DNA from: a virus
Taxonomy: Duplodnaviria > Caudoviricetes
Virus record (IMG/VR): IMGVR_UViG_3300038749_000016
Location: 1 to 43,160 of that record
Length of the DNA: 43,160 nt
Reading direction: 5' to 3' (one strand)
The translations under genes were made by a program, and so were the position numbers. The notes below the pieces were generated by a model. That model had not been told where the DNA came from. It searched no databases and saw only the letters and a list, made by a program, of their open reading frames with translations. Each line of letters opens with the position of its first letter. Positions within the stretch are counted from its first letter, which is position 1. Positions 18,184-26,984 of the stretch are shown here, one piece after another.

Positions 18184-18846
18184 TTAACCGCGCAACGCAG
18201 TCAGGAAGGCGGTTGCGTCATCTGCCTTTTCGCCCTCTGGCTCACCCAGAGCGGCCTTCGCATAGCCAACAGAGGCAATCTGTGTAGCCATGCTTTTTGG
18301 AACCCCTGCCTCACGCAAGATGTCCTCAAACTCTTTGATCGGCATGGGATCGCCATCACGCAGACGGCGGGCGAACTCTTCCATGCGTTCAGATTTCACT
18401 GCCTCGATACGGGCGCGGCGGTTGGCTGGGAACGACACTGGCGAGATTTCGCGCAGGTCCAATTCCTCCAGGTTGCGCACATTGCCGTCCGGCGTTGCTT
18501 TGATCTCGCGGTAGCCGATGGACAGCCCGCCGATTGCATTCGCCTTCATGAGTGCATGGACCTCACGGGCCTTCTGCACTTCCATGATGAGGCGACCTTT
18601 TCCCCAGAGGCCTTTTGCATCTTCGGCAAGGTCTTCCCAGATACCAATCGGCTCGTTCGGGTTGTGCTGCCACAGCATGAGAACACTGGTTCCCTCACGC
18701 TTGTGTTTCGCAAGGCTCCCGGCAAAAGCCCCCGGCATGACGCGCTCGCCGTAGCTGTCCACGTTGCCATTGACAGAGCCGTAACCCGTAAAGGTGCCGT
18801 CTTCCGACAGGTCTTTAACCTGTAGGGCAAAGTCTTTGGTTTTCAT
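18184..18846 (-). CDS. Prohead protease (HK97 family)
   Basis: FTGYGS...DSYGE; LWQH; GLSIGY; EISPVSFPAN. Confidence 0.95.
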   Translation of the reverse strand: MKTKDFALQVKDLSEDGTFTGYGSVNGNVDSYGERVMPGAFAGSLAKHKREGTSVLMLWQHNPNEPIGIWEDLAEDAKGLWGKGRLIMEVQKAREVHALMKANAIGGLSIGYREIKATPDGNVRNLEELDLREISPVSFPANRRARIEAVKSERMEEFARRLRDGDPMPIKEFEDILREAGVPKSMATQIASVGYAKAALGEPEGEKADDATAFLTALRG

Positions 18847-18852
18847 CGAGAT

Positions 18853-20106
18853 TTATTCCTCGTTGTCGGTCTGACGTGGCGTCAGTTCTCGCTCTTCACC
18901 AGCATCGGTGATCGGAACATTTTGCATCTGCATACGCGGTACATCGCCGCCTTCCACTGGCGGATAGTTTTCCAAGGACCTGACCTCATTGATGGTCATG
19001 GCACCGATAGCGGTCATCTGCTGGTAGAACTTCGCCCTACCGCCGCTGTCGCCGCGCAGAAGCCCTTCCTGGTTAAATTCGATGATGATCCCGGCAGCTT
19101 TGTCTGCTGGCGTCAGCAATTGCTTTTCGAGCGCCTGTTCGATGCGCTTCAGACGACGGCGAAGGGTGAACTTCTGGAATGCCAATGTCTGTTGCTCAAT
19201 GCCCGATCCCCAGCTGGTCGATTTCGAAGTATGGCCGACCATGTGAGGCGGAACCCCGAAAAACCGGCAGATTTCCTCAACCGAGAAAGCCCGCGTTTCC
19301 AGCATCTGGGCGTCTTCTGGCGTGATCGTCAGTTGCTGCCATTCTGTACCGCCTTCAAGGACGATTGGCTTGCCTGCGTTACCGCTGCCGATCTTCGCAG
19401 CCAGCTTCTGCTCTGCAACCTCGCGCTGCTCTTCTGTAAGCCATTTCTCAAACTTGAGAACGCCTGATGGGCGAAGTCCATTCTGGAACATCGACCCCGC
19501 CGATTTGTCAGCGGCTTGAGCCAGCCCAAATACCCGACGCCCGAAATACAGCGTGGAAGCCCCACCGAGAGGATTGCCGCCAAACCCACGGATATGCAGG
19601 ATTTCCCGGTCCGTGGCTTCATTTGCCTTGCCATCCTCGGTCCATCGATAGACGAGGCTTCCATCCGTCTTCTTCTGAACGCTCATGAGTGCCGGAAGAA
19701 TTGGGGTGAGAACCTTCACCTTCTTGTCGGACCGAGTGACCCGTGCGTAAGCGTTGCCCCAAAGCTCCACGGAAGCAGCTATGAAATCCCAGAAATCAAC
19801 TGCTGTTTGGTCATAGTTCGGGCTGTCGTGCAGAACGTTGTATAGCGGATGATCGCTTGCAGGCTCACGAGAGCCGTCCGAGTTTGTCCGGTAAACCATC
19901 AAGGGCAGTGACGAAATCGTACCGGAGATCAGGTTTACACAAGCCCAGACAGCCGAAAGCGCCAGAACATTGCGTTCCGTGATGATCTCACCGGCACCGC
20001 CGATGCTGTCCGCTGGATACCAGGCGTCAGGCTCACGAACGGTCAGGTTCCGCTTCACAGGCGTATCGCCAACGAAACCATTCAGCATCTTTCGCAATAG
20101 GTTCAC
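18853..20106 (-). CDS. Portal protein (HK97 family)
   Basis: AVWACVNLIS, GNAY, EILHIR, EEICRFFGVPP, MTINEVR. Confidence 0.96.
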   Translation of the reverse strand: MNLLRKMLNGFVGDTPVKRNLTVREPDAWYPADSIGGAGEIITERNVLALSAVWACVNLISGTISSLPLMVYRTNSDGSREPASDHPLYNVLHDSPNYDQTAVDFWDFIAASVELWGNAYARVTRSDKKVKVLTPILPALMSVQKKTDGSLVYRWTEDGKANEATDREILHIRGFGGNPLGGASTLYFGRRVFGLAQAADKSAGSMFQNGLRPSGVLKFEKWLTEEQREVAEQKLAAKIGSGNAGKPIVLEGGTEWQQLTITPEDAQMLETRAFSVEEICRFFGVPPHMVGHTSKSTSWGSGIEQQTLAFQKFTLRRRLKRIEQALEKQLLTPADKAAGIIIEFNQEGLLRGDSGGRAKFYQQMTAIGAMTINEVRSLENYPPVEGGDVPRMQMQNVPITDAGEERELTPRQTDNEE

Positions 20107-21794
20107 GCTGCACCTGCCAAGCTCTTGAAGTAATCGTCTATGCCGTCATATTCGGCCTCCTGCTGGACAAACCAGCCGAGGGACATAATGAGCGCCACTG
20201 CTCCATCGATTTTGTTCTGCGGCATTTCCTTGCGCGGATAGACGTTCTCTTTCGCGTCGTAATGCCCGACCACGTTTCCAATCATCCAGTTCATCACAGC
20301 GTTGCCGGGATGGTGAATTCGACCCTCGCGCATAAGAGCGTCTAGCGTCTTCGTCGCCTCGCTCATGGTCGCCACGGTCTGCCGGTATTCCTCGGCGGGC
20401 ATTCCATCCCGCTTGAGGTTCTGGATCATCTGCTGGGCCTGCCATGGATCGGTAGCAACCGCTTGCAAGTTCAAGCTGGGCGCTTCTGCCCGAATGTCAT
20501 CCTCAATGATGCTGAAATCGATTGTCTCACCGGCTGTCGCCACGATATCGCCCTGCATCTCCCAGCCGCGATACATTGGATGACGATCTTCGTCTATTGC
20601 AACTCTTGGTAGGTAAAAACGCGGGAAAACATAGTAATGCGCCTTCCCGTCTATCAACCTACGGTATGTATTCACACGCGCCGCAATATCGATCTTGCTG
20701 GCCAGATCAAGGCCGACGACACATTCATCTTCGGCAAAATCAGCCTCATCAAGCGTCCTATCCTCGCATTTCCGCCACCATTCGGTATCGAACAGGGCAG
20801 AATTGGCGTCAACCCAGACATTCAGGTGCTTGGTGAGGTAATTTGCCCTCGCCGTTGCCACCTGACGAGCTTTACCTGCCGTCTGCATGACAATCTTCGG
20901 ATCGACTGAGACACCCCAATTCGGGTTTGCCTTGCGCAAAGTCTCCTCTGAAAAGGGATCATCGCCCTCATCAATGGTGTATATGATCCCGAATACGGCT
21001 TCGGCGGCCTCTCCGCTCACGTGACCGGCCAGAACATCCAGAACGAACTTCCGCACCTCGTAGCAGATACCGTGCTTGTTGCTGCCTGCCGTGGTGATCA
21101 TCCAGAGCATCGACTGCGGACGCTTGCCGAGGCCAGTTTCCAGCACGTCATAAACATCGCGGTTCTTGTGAGCATGAAGCTCGTCCACTATCGCCAGATG
21201 GATATTCAAACCATCCAAAGTGTGACCTTCTGCCGACAGTGCCTTGAATGCGCTGGAGGATTTCAACTGCACAATTGCTTGCGCCGTAACGTCAACACCG
21301 AAGCGATTGCGGTATCCTGGCATCTTGCGGGCCATGGCTTGCGCATCGCGGAATACGATACGGGCCTGATCGCGGGTTGTAGCCGCCGAATAGACTTCTG
21401 CACCGGCTTCGCCATCAAGCGCCAGCATGTAAAGTCCCACCGGAGACGAGAACGACGACTTGCCGTTACCTCTGGGAACCTCGACATAAACCCGGCGGAA
21501 CCGCCTGTTTCCCTCAGCATCAACCCAGCCGAATGCCGTGCTCAGGACGAATACCTGCCACGGCTCAAGTATCATTAGATCACCACGCGAAGCGGCAGGA
21601 CCCTTGATATGTGGGCAAAGCTCGACAAACCGGCACACCCGATCAGCCCGAACAGCATCGAAATGATACCCGGCTGGCGGGTTATCCAGGTCGTTCAACT
21701 GTCTTGCACACGCCTGATAGACATACTTGCAAGCCGGTATTGCGCCCGAAACCACGCCGCGAGCGTACTGATGCGCCTTCTGCGAATAGTTCAA
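20103..21794 (-). CDS. terL: Terminase large subunit
   Basis: LEPWQ, Walker A VPRGNGKS, Walker B IVDELH, ITTAG, GLDLA, KIDG. Confidence 0.97.
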   Translation of the reverse strand: MNYSQKAHQYARGVVSGAIPACKYVYQACARQLNDLDNPPAGYHFDAVRADRVCRFVELCPHIKGPAASRGDLMILEPWQVFVLSTAFGWVDAEGNRRFRRVYVEVPRGNGKSSFSSPVGLYMLALDGEAGAEVYSAATTRDQARIVFRDAQAMARKMPGYRNRFGVDVTAQAIVQLKSSSAFKALSAEGHTLDGLNIHLAIVDELHAHKNRDVYDVLETGLGKRPQSMLWMITTAGSNKHGICYEVRKFVLDVLAGHVSGEAAEAVFGIIYTIDEGDDPFSEETLRKANPNWGVSVDPKIVMQTAGKARQVATARANYLTKHLNVWVDANSALFDTEWWRKCEDRTLDEADFAEDECVVGLDLASKIDIAARVNTYRRLIDGKAHYYVFPRFYLPRVAIDEDRHPMYRGWEMQGDIVATAGETIDFSIIEDDIRAEAPSLNLQAVATDPWQAQQMIQNLKRDGMPAEEYRQTVATMSEATKTLDALMREGRIHHPGNAVMNWMIGNVVGHYDAKENVYPRKEMPQNKIDGAVALIMSLGWFVQQEAEYDGIDDYFKSLAGAA

Positions 21795-22192
21795 TGCGCC
21801 CTACCGTCAAATTCTGCGAATGGATCGTCTTCGTCGCCCTCGTGAGGCTGGTATACCTTCGTTCTGTCCACTGGCGTTGCACCAAGTGAGGAAAGCGCCA
21901 TGCGGTAGTTACCGAAGAAACTAGCTGGCAGTTCTGCGGTATTCCCGTCCATAATATGCGCTCTCATCAGGGAGACGATTTCAACCGCGCCCCGATCCTC
22001 GAAGGTCAGCCATGGCAATTCGTCTGCAAAAGTGGCCCAAGCCTTTTTTGCCGTCTTTGGCAGGTAATCCGGGGCTTTCCCCAGTCCTCGACCTGACGTG
22101 ATTGGTTCGCTGCGGGTCTTAAATCTCTGCGGGTCGTGCTTGTCAGCGCCGGTCAGCGCCGCTTTTGCAGTCGGCGTTCGCGGTCGTGCCAT
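21791..22192 (-). CDS. terS: Terminase small subunit (P27-like)
   Basis: MARPRTPTA..., APDYL, LGATPVDR; overlaps the terL start. Confidence 0.85.
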   Translation of the reverse strand: MARPRTPTAKAALTGADKHDPQRFKTRSEPITSGRGLGKAPDYLPKTAKKAWATFADELPWLTFEDRGAVEIVSLMRAHIMDGNTAELPASFFGNYRMALSSLGATPVDRTKVYQPHEGDEDDPFAEFDGRAH

Positions 22193-22227
22193 TTCAGCCC
22201 TTTGCCTTTTTCTGAATTGCGGATGCG

Positions 22228-22290
22228 TGTAAATGCCTGGCACGCGGGTCTACAGCCGAGCAGGTCTCAGACTTTTCACCGCCCCCGCCC
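22228..22290. other. Candidate cos site region
   Basis: Between HNH and terS; imperfect dyad TGTAAAT-gcctggcacgcgg-GTCTACA plus GGGGCGGGGGCGGTGAAAAGT on the - strand. Confidence 0.45.
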
Positions 22291-22379
22291 CATGCTGTTT
22301 GCCTCATATCAAGCCACAGAGAGCGATTTGCGCGTTTTATGATGCGATACAGCCAATCACACCAAACGCTTGTCAGTGG

Positions 22380-22805
22380 TCAAATATGAAGGTTTTTATC
22401 AACCCATCGATCTTTGGGCGCGGTTGGGTATCCATCCAGTCCGACGATGCGATGCTCTATCTTCTTGCGTCTGATCAAGTCAGGGCTTCGATAGTGAAGG
22501 CGCTCGATAGACTGACATGCTCCATCGTGGCAGCTATCACATACTGCCCATAGGTTAGAGGGTGAGAAGAACAGACCCTCATCACCCTTGTGGGGTATCA
22601 GGTGGTCGCATACTGCGGGCCTTAGCCCGGTTGCGCCCTTCTCCGATCTTCCTTCTCTCAGGATCACACCGCACATCTGGCAGGTGAATAGGTCACGGAC
22701 GAGGATGGACCAACGTAGCTTCTGCCATCTCGCTGTCTTGTACCATTGCCTATAGGGCTGTGCTGTATCTCGGTCTGGCCTGTGCGCTCTTCGCCTATCG
22801 GCCAT
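22380..22805 (-). CDS. Terminase-associated HNH endonuclease (HK97 gp74-like)
   Basis: WYKTARWQKLR, RDLFTCQMCG, CDHLIPH, NLWAVCDSCH. Confidence 0.9.
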   Translation of the reverse strand: MADRRRAHRPDRDTAQPYRQWYKTARWQKLRWSILVRDLFTCQMCGVILREGRSEKGATGLRPAVCDHLIPHKGDEGLFFSPSNLWAVCDSCHDGACQSIERLHYRSPDLIRRKKIEHRIVGLDGYPTAPKDRWVDKNLHI

Positions 22806-22807
22806 CT

Positions 22808-23005
22808 CTACCCCTTCGCCTTAAGCTCTGCTGCTACTGCTGCCTCGGTCTGGTGATCCAGGTAGGCGTCTAGGCTGGCATGCATCTGGTCTCGGATTTC
22901 ATCGGCTATATCCATGTTGCCGCGCATGACTGCAGCGAGATGGAGATGCCTTGATCCTACGATGTCCTGCCATGTGGCTTGCATGAACTGGATGGGCTTG
23001 GGCAT
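22808..23005 (-). CDS. Hypothetical protein
   Basis: Tightly packed ORF in the late operon. Confidence 0.6.
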   Translation of the reverse strand: MPKPIQFMQATWQDIVGSRHLHLAAVMRGNMDIADEIRDQMHASLDAYLDHQTEAAVAAELKAKG

Positions 23006-23008
23006 AGC

Positions 23009-23254
23009 TCACGCCTTTTCCTTCAAGCTCTCGTAATACTCGACGGAATACACGGTCTGCCCAGCTTCCCGGCGTCTGGCTATCTCCGCTTCAACATCTT
23101 CCCGCAAGCGCTCGAGCATGACCGAGTATTCCTCAAGGCCAACCATCGGCAGCTTGTCCATCGCATCGATAGGGCGAACGAAGTTAACGTAGTCGTGCGC
23201 ATTGTTGCTTCGGTACAGGAGCACCAAAGCCCGGTCGATTTCCGATTGCCGCAT
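23009..23254 (-). CDS. Hypothetical protein, first late ORF
   Basis: SD AGAGGA before MRQSEID. Confidence 0.65.
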   Translation of the reverse strand: MRQSEIDRALVLLYRSNNAHDYVNFVRPIDAMDKLPMVGLEEYSVMLERLREDVEAEIARRREAGQTVYSVEYYESLKEKA

Positions 23255-23416
23255 ATCCGTTCCTCTGTTGGTATCTTCCGGGCCTGCCCACTTCACACCG
23301 CTATATGCAGGGTTGCGGCCCCGGAGCGACCAGTGTTGAGTTCTACACCCGCGAGTGAAAGCCATGGTCTAGCCGCCCGGTGGGCTAGTGAAAGGAGTGC
23401 CGCTCCCTATGATGCG

Positions 23417-23440
23417 AAAAACCCCGCACGATGGCGGGGC
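23417..23440 (-). terminator. tR'-like terminator in the late leader
   Basis: - strand CCCCGC-catcgt-GCGGGG then TTTTT. Confidence 0.75.
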
Positions 23441-23444
23441 TGAA

Positions 23445-23468
23445 CCATGGATGGTACCATGGATGGTA
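23445..23468. repeat. Perfect 12-bp tandem duplication CCATGGATGGTA x2
   Basis: Read directly. Confidence 0.9.
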
Positions 23469-23928
23469 AGATCAGAACGGACACTACAGAGGAGCATTTG
23501 CCTGTCTGTAGGTCCTTACTGTCCGGCATCGTTTGTACCAGTGACGAATACCGGCTCACTTAGACCAGAACGGGCCGGGGCATCTGCGCCGGTACTTATG
23601 CCTGACGCTTTCAGCGCCGCCGTTCTGATTTGTTTGCCCTCATGTCTCGCGCTACCCGGATAAGTGGGGCGGTACTGCATGAGGGCGGATAGCTGCGAGG
23701 CGTTGATCCCTCAACTTACCCCGGGTTCTGAGCCAGCTTGCGCTACGAAACTCAGACAGGCCGTTCGCCTCGCATTCCTTTGAGGCGTTGCCTCGAATAA
23801 GCAAGGCATTCTCGCCTTGGACCTGCCTACAAGCGACAGGTGGGTAACTGTAACTCGACCCTACACGCGACTACGATACACGTAGCTTATCTCCTAAAAG
23901 ACGGTGAGCGTAGGACTTACCGAGTATC

Positions 23929-23998
23929 TGGCGCTGTGGGAGGATTTGCACCTCCCGGCAACCGGTTTGACATTCGGTCGCCTGCTACTTGCACCCGC
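23929..23998 (-). pseudogene. Degenerate tRNA-like element (GTC in the loop, Asp-like)
   Basis: T-arm GGAGG-TGCAAAT-CCTCC, 3' CCA, 8-bp stem with TGTCAA in its loop; acceptor stem and D-arm defective. Confidence 0.5.
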
Positions 23999-24631
23999 TT
24001 ATGCCGCCTTTCGCCTTTCAGCGTACTTCTGGCGGCGTCTTTCGTTTCGGGCTTCTGCCCAGCTGAAATCCGGTTCGGCTTCACCGTGCGTTAGCGAGAA
24101 ATCATCCCGCCATGTCAGCACCTTTTCGCTGTCCGCATGGTCTCCGATTGTGACCTCAATCTGCCCGTTTTCAGGGCAAACATGCAACACCCCTTCTAGT
24201 CCGTTTTTGTAATTTTGGCCGTTAATGCGGGCAATCTCGCCGAAAATCTCTAAAATCGCCCGGTTTTTTCGCTTTCTTCCCGTTTCTCTGGTGAAGCCAT
24301 GCTTCGTGCACCATTTGCCAAACGGCGTCCCTCCAGCTTGTGCATTAGCCCATGCCCAGAGACAACGGCGGCGCATATCGTCCTTCACTGAAAGGATAAG
24401 CTGGTTGCATCTTTCCCACTCTGATACGTCTTGCGTCGTCAGCTTGGTCTTGGCGAACATCTCGGCGCGATGCTCTTTATGCCGCTCATCGCCCCATTCA
24501 CGCATTTCAGCCCAACTATGGACATAACCCAGGCTCTGCGCCTTCAACTGCTTCGGCTTCGCTGTCTGTGGCAACCGCCGGTCAACTTCTGCGCCTCGGA
24601 TGAACAGTTCAGCTATTTCCAACGGCGTCAT
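23999..24631 (-). CDS. Putative late-gene transcription regulator (Q position)
   Basis: Last early-right gene before the late leader; 'RRCLWAWA...FGKWC...RETGRKRK.RA' sigma4-like segment. Confidence 0.55.
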   Translation of the reverse strand: MTPLEIAELFIRGAEVDRRLPQTAKPKQLKAQSLGYVHSWAEMREWGDERHKEHRAEMFAKTKLTTQDVSEWERCNQLILSVKDDMRRRCLWAWANAQAGGTPFGKWCTKHGFTRETGRKRKNRAILEIFGEIARINGQNYKNGLEGVLHVCPENGQIEVTIGDHADSEKVLTWRDDFSLTHGEAEPDFSWAEARNERRRQKYAERRKAA

Positions 24632-25074
24632 GCTGTCCTCCTATCGTCCAAAAGGTCGAGTTGTTCGGCGTTCGGTCCAAATCGGCGGAACACCCTTTCA
24701 TATACCATGCCAGAGATAGCATGTCGTTGCGGGGTAATGCCTGACAGGTCGTTGGCGATGAATTGAAGACGCCCTAGCGGTATTGCATCCCATAATTCCA
24801 GCCACGCTGACGTATCGCGCTCAATCAGGCCACGGTTTGCAATCACCATGTCTGAAGCCATCCAAAGGCCAAATTCATCGAGACAAGCCTTGTTGTTGGC
24901 CGTTTCAGCCAGTGTGGTCATGACCAAGCGGAAATGACCCTCTCCATGACTGCGCAGTATCCGGTCCAATGTGGCGACCGCTCGTGTTTCGCCAATATCC
25001 GGGTATCGGTGAGCATCCACGATCTTGATGCCGTACTCTGCGCATATCGAATAAACACGAGGGTCAACTGTCAT
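24628..25074 (-). CDS. Hypothetical phage protein
   Basis: ATGA-coupled ORF. Confidence 0.7.
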   Translation of the reverse strand: MTVDPRVYSICAEYGIKIVDAHRYPDIGETRAVATLDRILRSHGEGHFRLVMTTLAETANNKACLDEFGLWMASDMVIANRGLIERDTSAWLELWDAIPLGRLQFIANDLSGITPQRHAISGMVYERVFRRFGPNAEQLDLLDDRRTA

Positions 25075-25379
25075 TCGGTCATCCTCTCCGGTTTACCCTC
25101 CTGCAACAGCATCACGCATGAGGCCGCATAGACGATCACACCATACAGTTCCCGTATCGCCGCATCGGTTTCACTCCGATTAGCCATACCGACGGCTTCC
25201 TGGGTTTTCTTCATGGCTTGCCCAGCATTGTATCCGATGCCAACCATGCGACCAATCTCGGCAATTGGCTGCCGGTCGAAAGGCTTTCCGTTTGCGTGAC
25301 GCTCCTTGCCCTTTCCATGCGCAGCCTGTTCATATGCCTTGTCGAGAACAGTGCGGAGCTTTCGGTAGTCGTTGCTCAT
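25071..25379 (-). CDS. Hypothetical phage protein (AYEQAA.GKGKERHA type)
   Basis: ATGA-coupled ORF. Confidence 0.7.
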   Translation of the reverse strand: MSNDYRKLRTVLDKAYEQAAHGKGKERHANGKPFDRQPIAEIGRMVGIGYNAGQAMKKTQEAVGMANRSETDAAIRELYGVIVYAASCVMLLQEGKPERMTE

Positions 25380-25684
25380 GCCGCCGCCCTCTTCCGTTCA
25401 ACCTTCACCGCCTTACCGTTGCGATAGATCGTCCCATCTGCACCGAAGACCTTCTCGCGCTCCGTTGGCTCGATGGACATCGTTTCGCCTTCGCGGAGGT
25501 ACTTGCCGTTCATATAGGAAAGAAGGTGTGTGAGCGCTTCCTGTGTGGCGTGTAGCTCGCTTGTGTATATGATCGGTACACCACCCTTACTCAGGATCGG
25601 GGCCGGCCTTGCATTCCTGGCGAAGCGAAGCATAACCCACCATCCGCCATGGACTTCTCTCAGGTACGCTGCGAAGTTATTCAT
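25376..25684 (-). CDS. Hypothetical protein
   Basis: ATGA-coupled ORF. Confidence 0.65.
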   Translation of the reverse strand: MNNFAAYLREVHGGWWVMLRFARNARPAPILSKGGVPIIYTSELHATQEALTHLLSYMNGKYLREGETMSIEPTEREKVFGADGTIYRNGKAVKVERKRAAA

Positions 25685-26436
25685 GCCGCCCTCTTAGTAC
25701 GGTTATGGCGCGCTCGTTCGCGGGACTGGTAAAGACGCTGGCAGACCTGCGCTTCTGTCAGGCCCATGATTTGGGCGATATCGCAAGTGTCGTGTCCTTG
25801 CTGGAATAGCTCGACAACAACAGACTGGATAACAACGCCCTCTGTGCCGCTCAAAATTGCGTCTAATCGCGCTTTACCCATCTGCATGAGCCTTGCGATA
25901 CGGTGCCGTCCCATTCCCTGCTTTCTCATTCTGAGAATTTCGAGGAAGTCATCGTCTGTGAGAATGCGCTTCTTGCGGATCGGTTCGCGTTCGATACCGT
26001 GCTTTTTCAGAGCCGCGTGAATGGTCGTATGATCGCGCTTGAACTCTCGACCTAGCAGGATGAGAGACTGCCGCTTGGCCAGTGCAGCAATGCACATAGC
26101 CTTTTGCCGTGCGTCTCTGACTGGATAGCTCCGGCCACGACCTATAATGTCCTTTGGCGTGAAGTCTGTGCCTCGACAGACAGCCTTGATGATCTCCCTC
26201 ACTGGAATGTTATGCGTCCGTATCTCGGCACTTACCGTCCCGGTTTCTTCAAACTGGCGAACGGCTTCCATTGCAAGAAGCTCAACAGCGCTTGGTTCAC
26301 GCTCTGGCTCGGCCTTTATCTCGATCTGGACAGGCTTATTCGCGTCCTCGATAGCCTTCTGCTCTGCTGCCTTCTTGGCAAGATAGGCGCGGGCTGCGCG
26401 TTCGGTTCTGGATGAATAGGCTGCGAAACCCATCAA
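25681..26436 (-). CDS. DnaA C-terminal (domain IV)-like protein with additional HTHs
   Basis: DIIGRGR...ARQKAM...LGREFKRDHTTIHA; further HTH-like segments. Confidence 0.75.
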   Translation of the reverse strand: MMGFAAYSSRTERAARAYLAKKAAEQKAIEDANKPVQIEIKAEPEREPSAVELLAMEAVRQFEETGTVSAEIRTHNIPVREIIKAVCRGTDFTPKDIIGRGRSYPVRDARQKAMCIAALAKRQSLILLGREFKRDHTTIHAALKKHGIEREPIRKKRILTDDDFLEILRMRKQGMGRHRIARLMQMGKARLDAILSGTEGVVIQSVVVELFQQGHDTCDIAQIMGLTEAQVCQRLYQSRERARHNRTKRAA

Positions 26437-26984
26437 CGTACCCTCCCTACCTGCTTGAACGGTCCTGTTTTCGCGTTCGTTATTCTGTCGAGATTGAAAT
26501 CGTTGCCGTTGGTTTCTGACGCGGCCTGAAGGCGTGAAATAGCCGCCTCATAGGCGCTTTCTTCCTCGGTCTGCATCTTCATCGCAGCTCTGGCCGTCTG
26601 CCACTTCTCGTTGGCTCTCTGGCGCTGTTCTGGCGTCATGCCGCGCCACTTGCGATCTTTGGCTTGATCTTCGAGGATGCGGCGTTCTTTCTGGTCGCGG
26701 GCGCGAGCTTCCTTGATCGGGCGCATCACTTCATCAATCTGAATGCGAAGCTCTGGAGGTGACGGCATCCAGTCGTGTCCGAGCGAGCCGCGAAGGATGT
26801 TATCCACGGCCTGTTCCAGCCCGTGCTTCGTGACGCCATCCAGAGCCTTCATGTAGGCCATTTTCTCAGCATCAGGATTACCCAAGGCGCGAGTACGCAA
26901 GACGGACAGGCCCGCCATTGCTGCGGCTTTGTCCTTCGCAGTCGCCAAGGTCCAGTAATGATCCGTTGTCGCTACCTGGTTCAT
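26433..26984 (-). CDS. Replication-associated protein (helicase loader position)
   Basis: Follows the initiator; Y..AL.......L..AV.....WMPSPPELR pattern. Confidence 0.55.
   Translation of the reverse strand: MNQVATTDHYWTLATAKDKAAAMAGLSVLRTRALGNPDAEKMAYMKALDGVTKHGLEQAVDNILRGSLGHDWMPSPPELRIQIDEVMRPIKEARARDQKERRILEDQAKDRKWRGMTPEQRQRANEKWQTARAAMKMQTEEESAYEAAISRLQAASETNGNDFNLDRITNAKTGPFKQVGRVR

Larger units (their letters stand above)
23417..23998 (-). ncRNA. Putative large structured non-coding RNA (late leader)
   Basis: Consecutive domains closed by 9-11 bp helices, GNRA tetraloops on the - strand, no credible ORF, ends in a terminator. Confidence 0.55.

Noticed and set aside
17275-18825. 516-aa + strand ORF, and other long antisense ORFs (e.g. 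9772-10548, 12682-13212, 21021-21578)
   Set aside because: Shadow frames of GC3-biased capsid, protease, tail and terminase genes; no motifs or SD
23388-23663. 91-aa + strand ORF (and 23840-24094) explaining the leader
   Set aside because: No SD or motif, antisense to late transcription, and the sequence is dominated by inverted repeats
23341-23780. Hammerhead or other known self-cleaving ribozyme in the late leader
   Set aside because: No CTGANGA core paired with GAAA in the right geometry on either strand by eye; needs an Infernal search to exclude
23929-23998. Functional tRNA-Asp
   Set aside because: No D-arm, mispaired and short acceptor stem, non-canonical T-loop; kept only as tRNA-like
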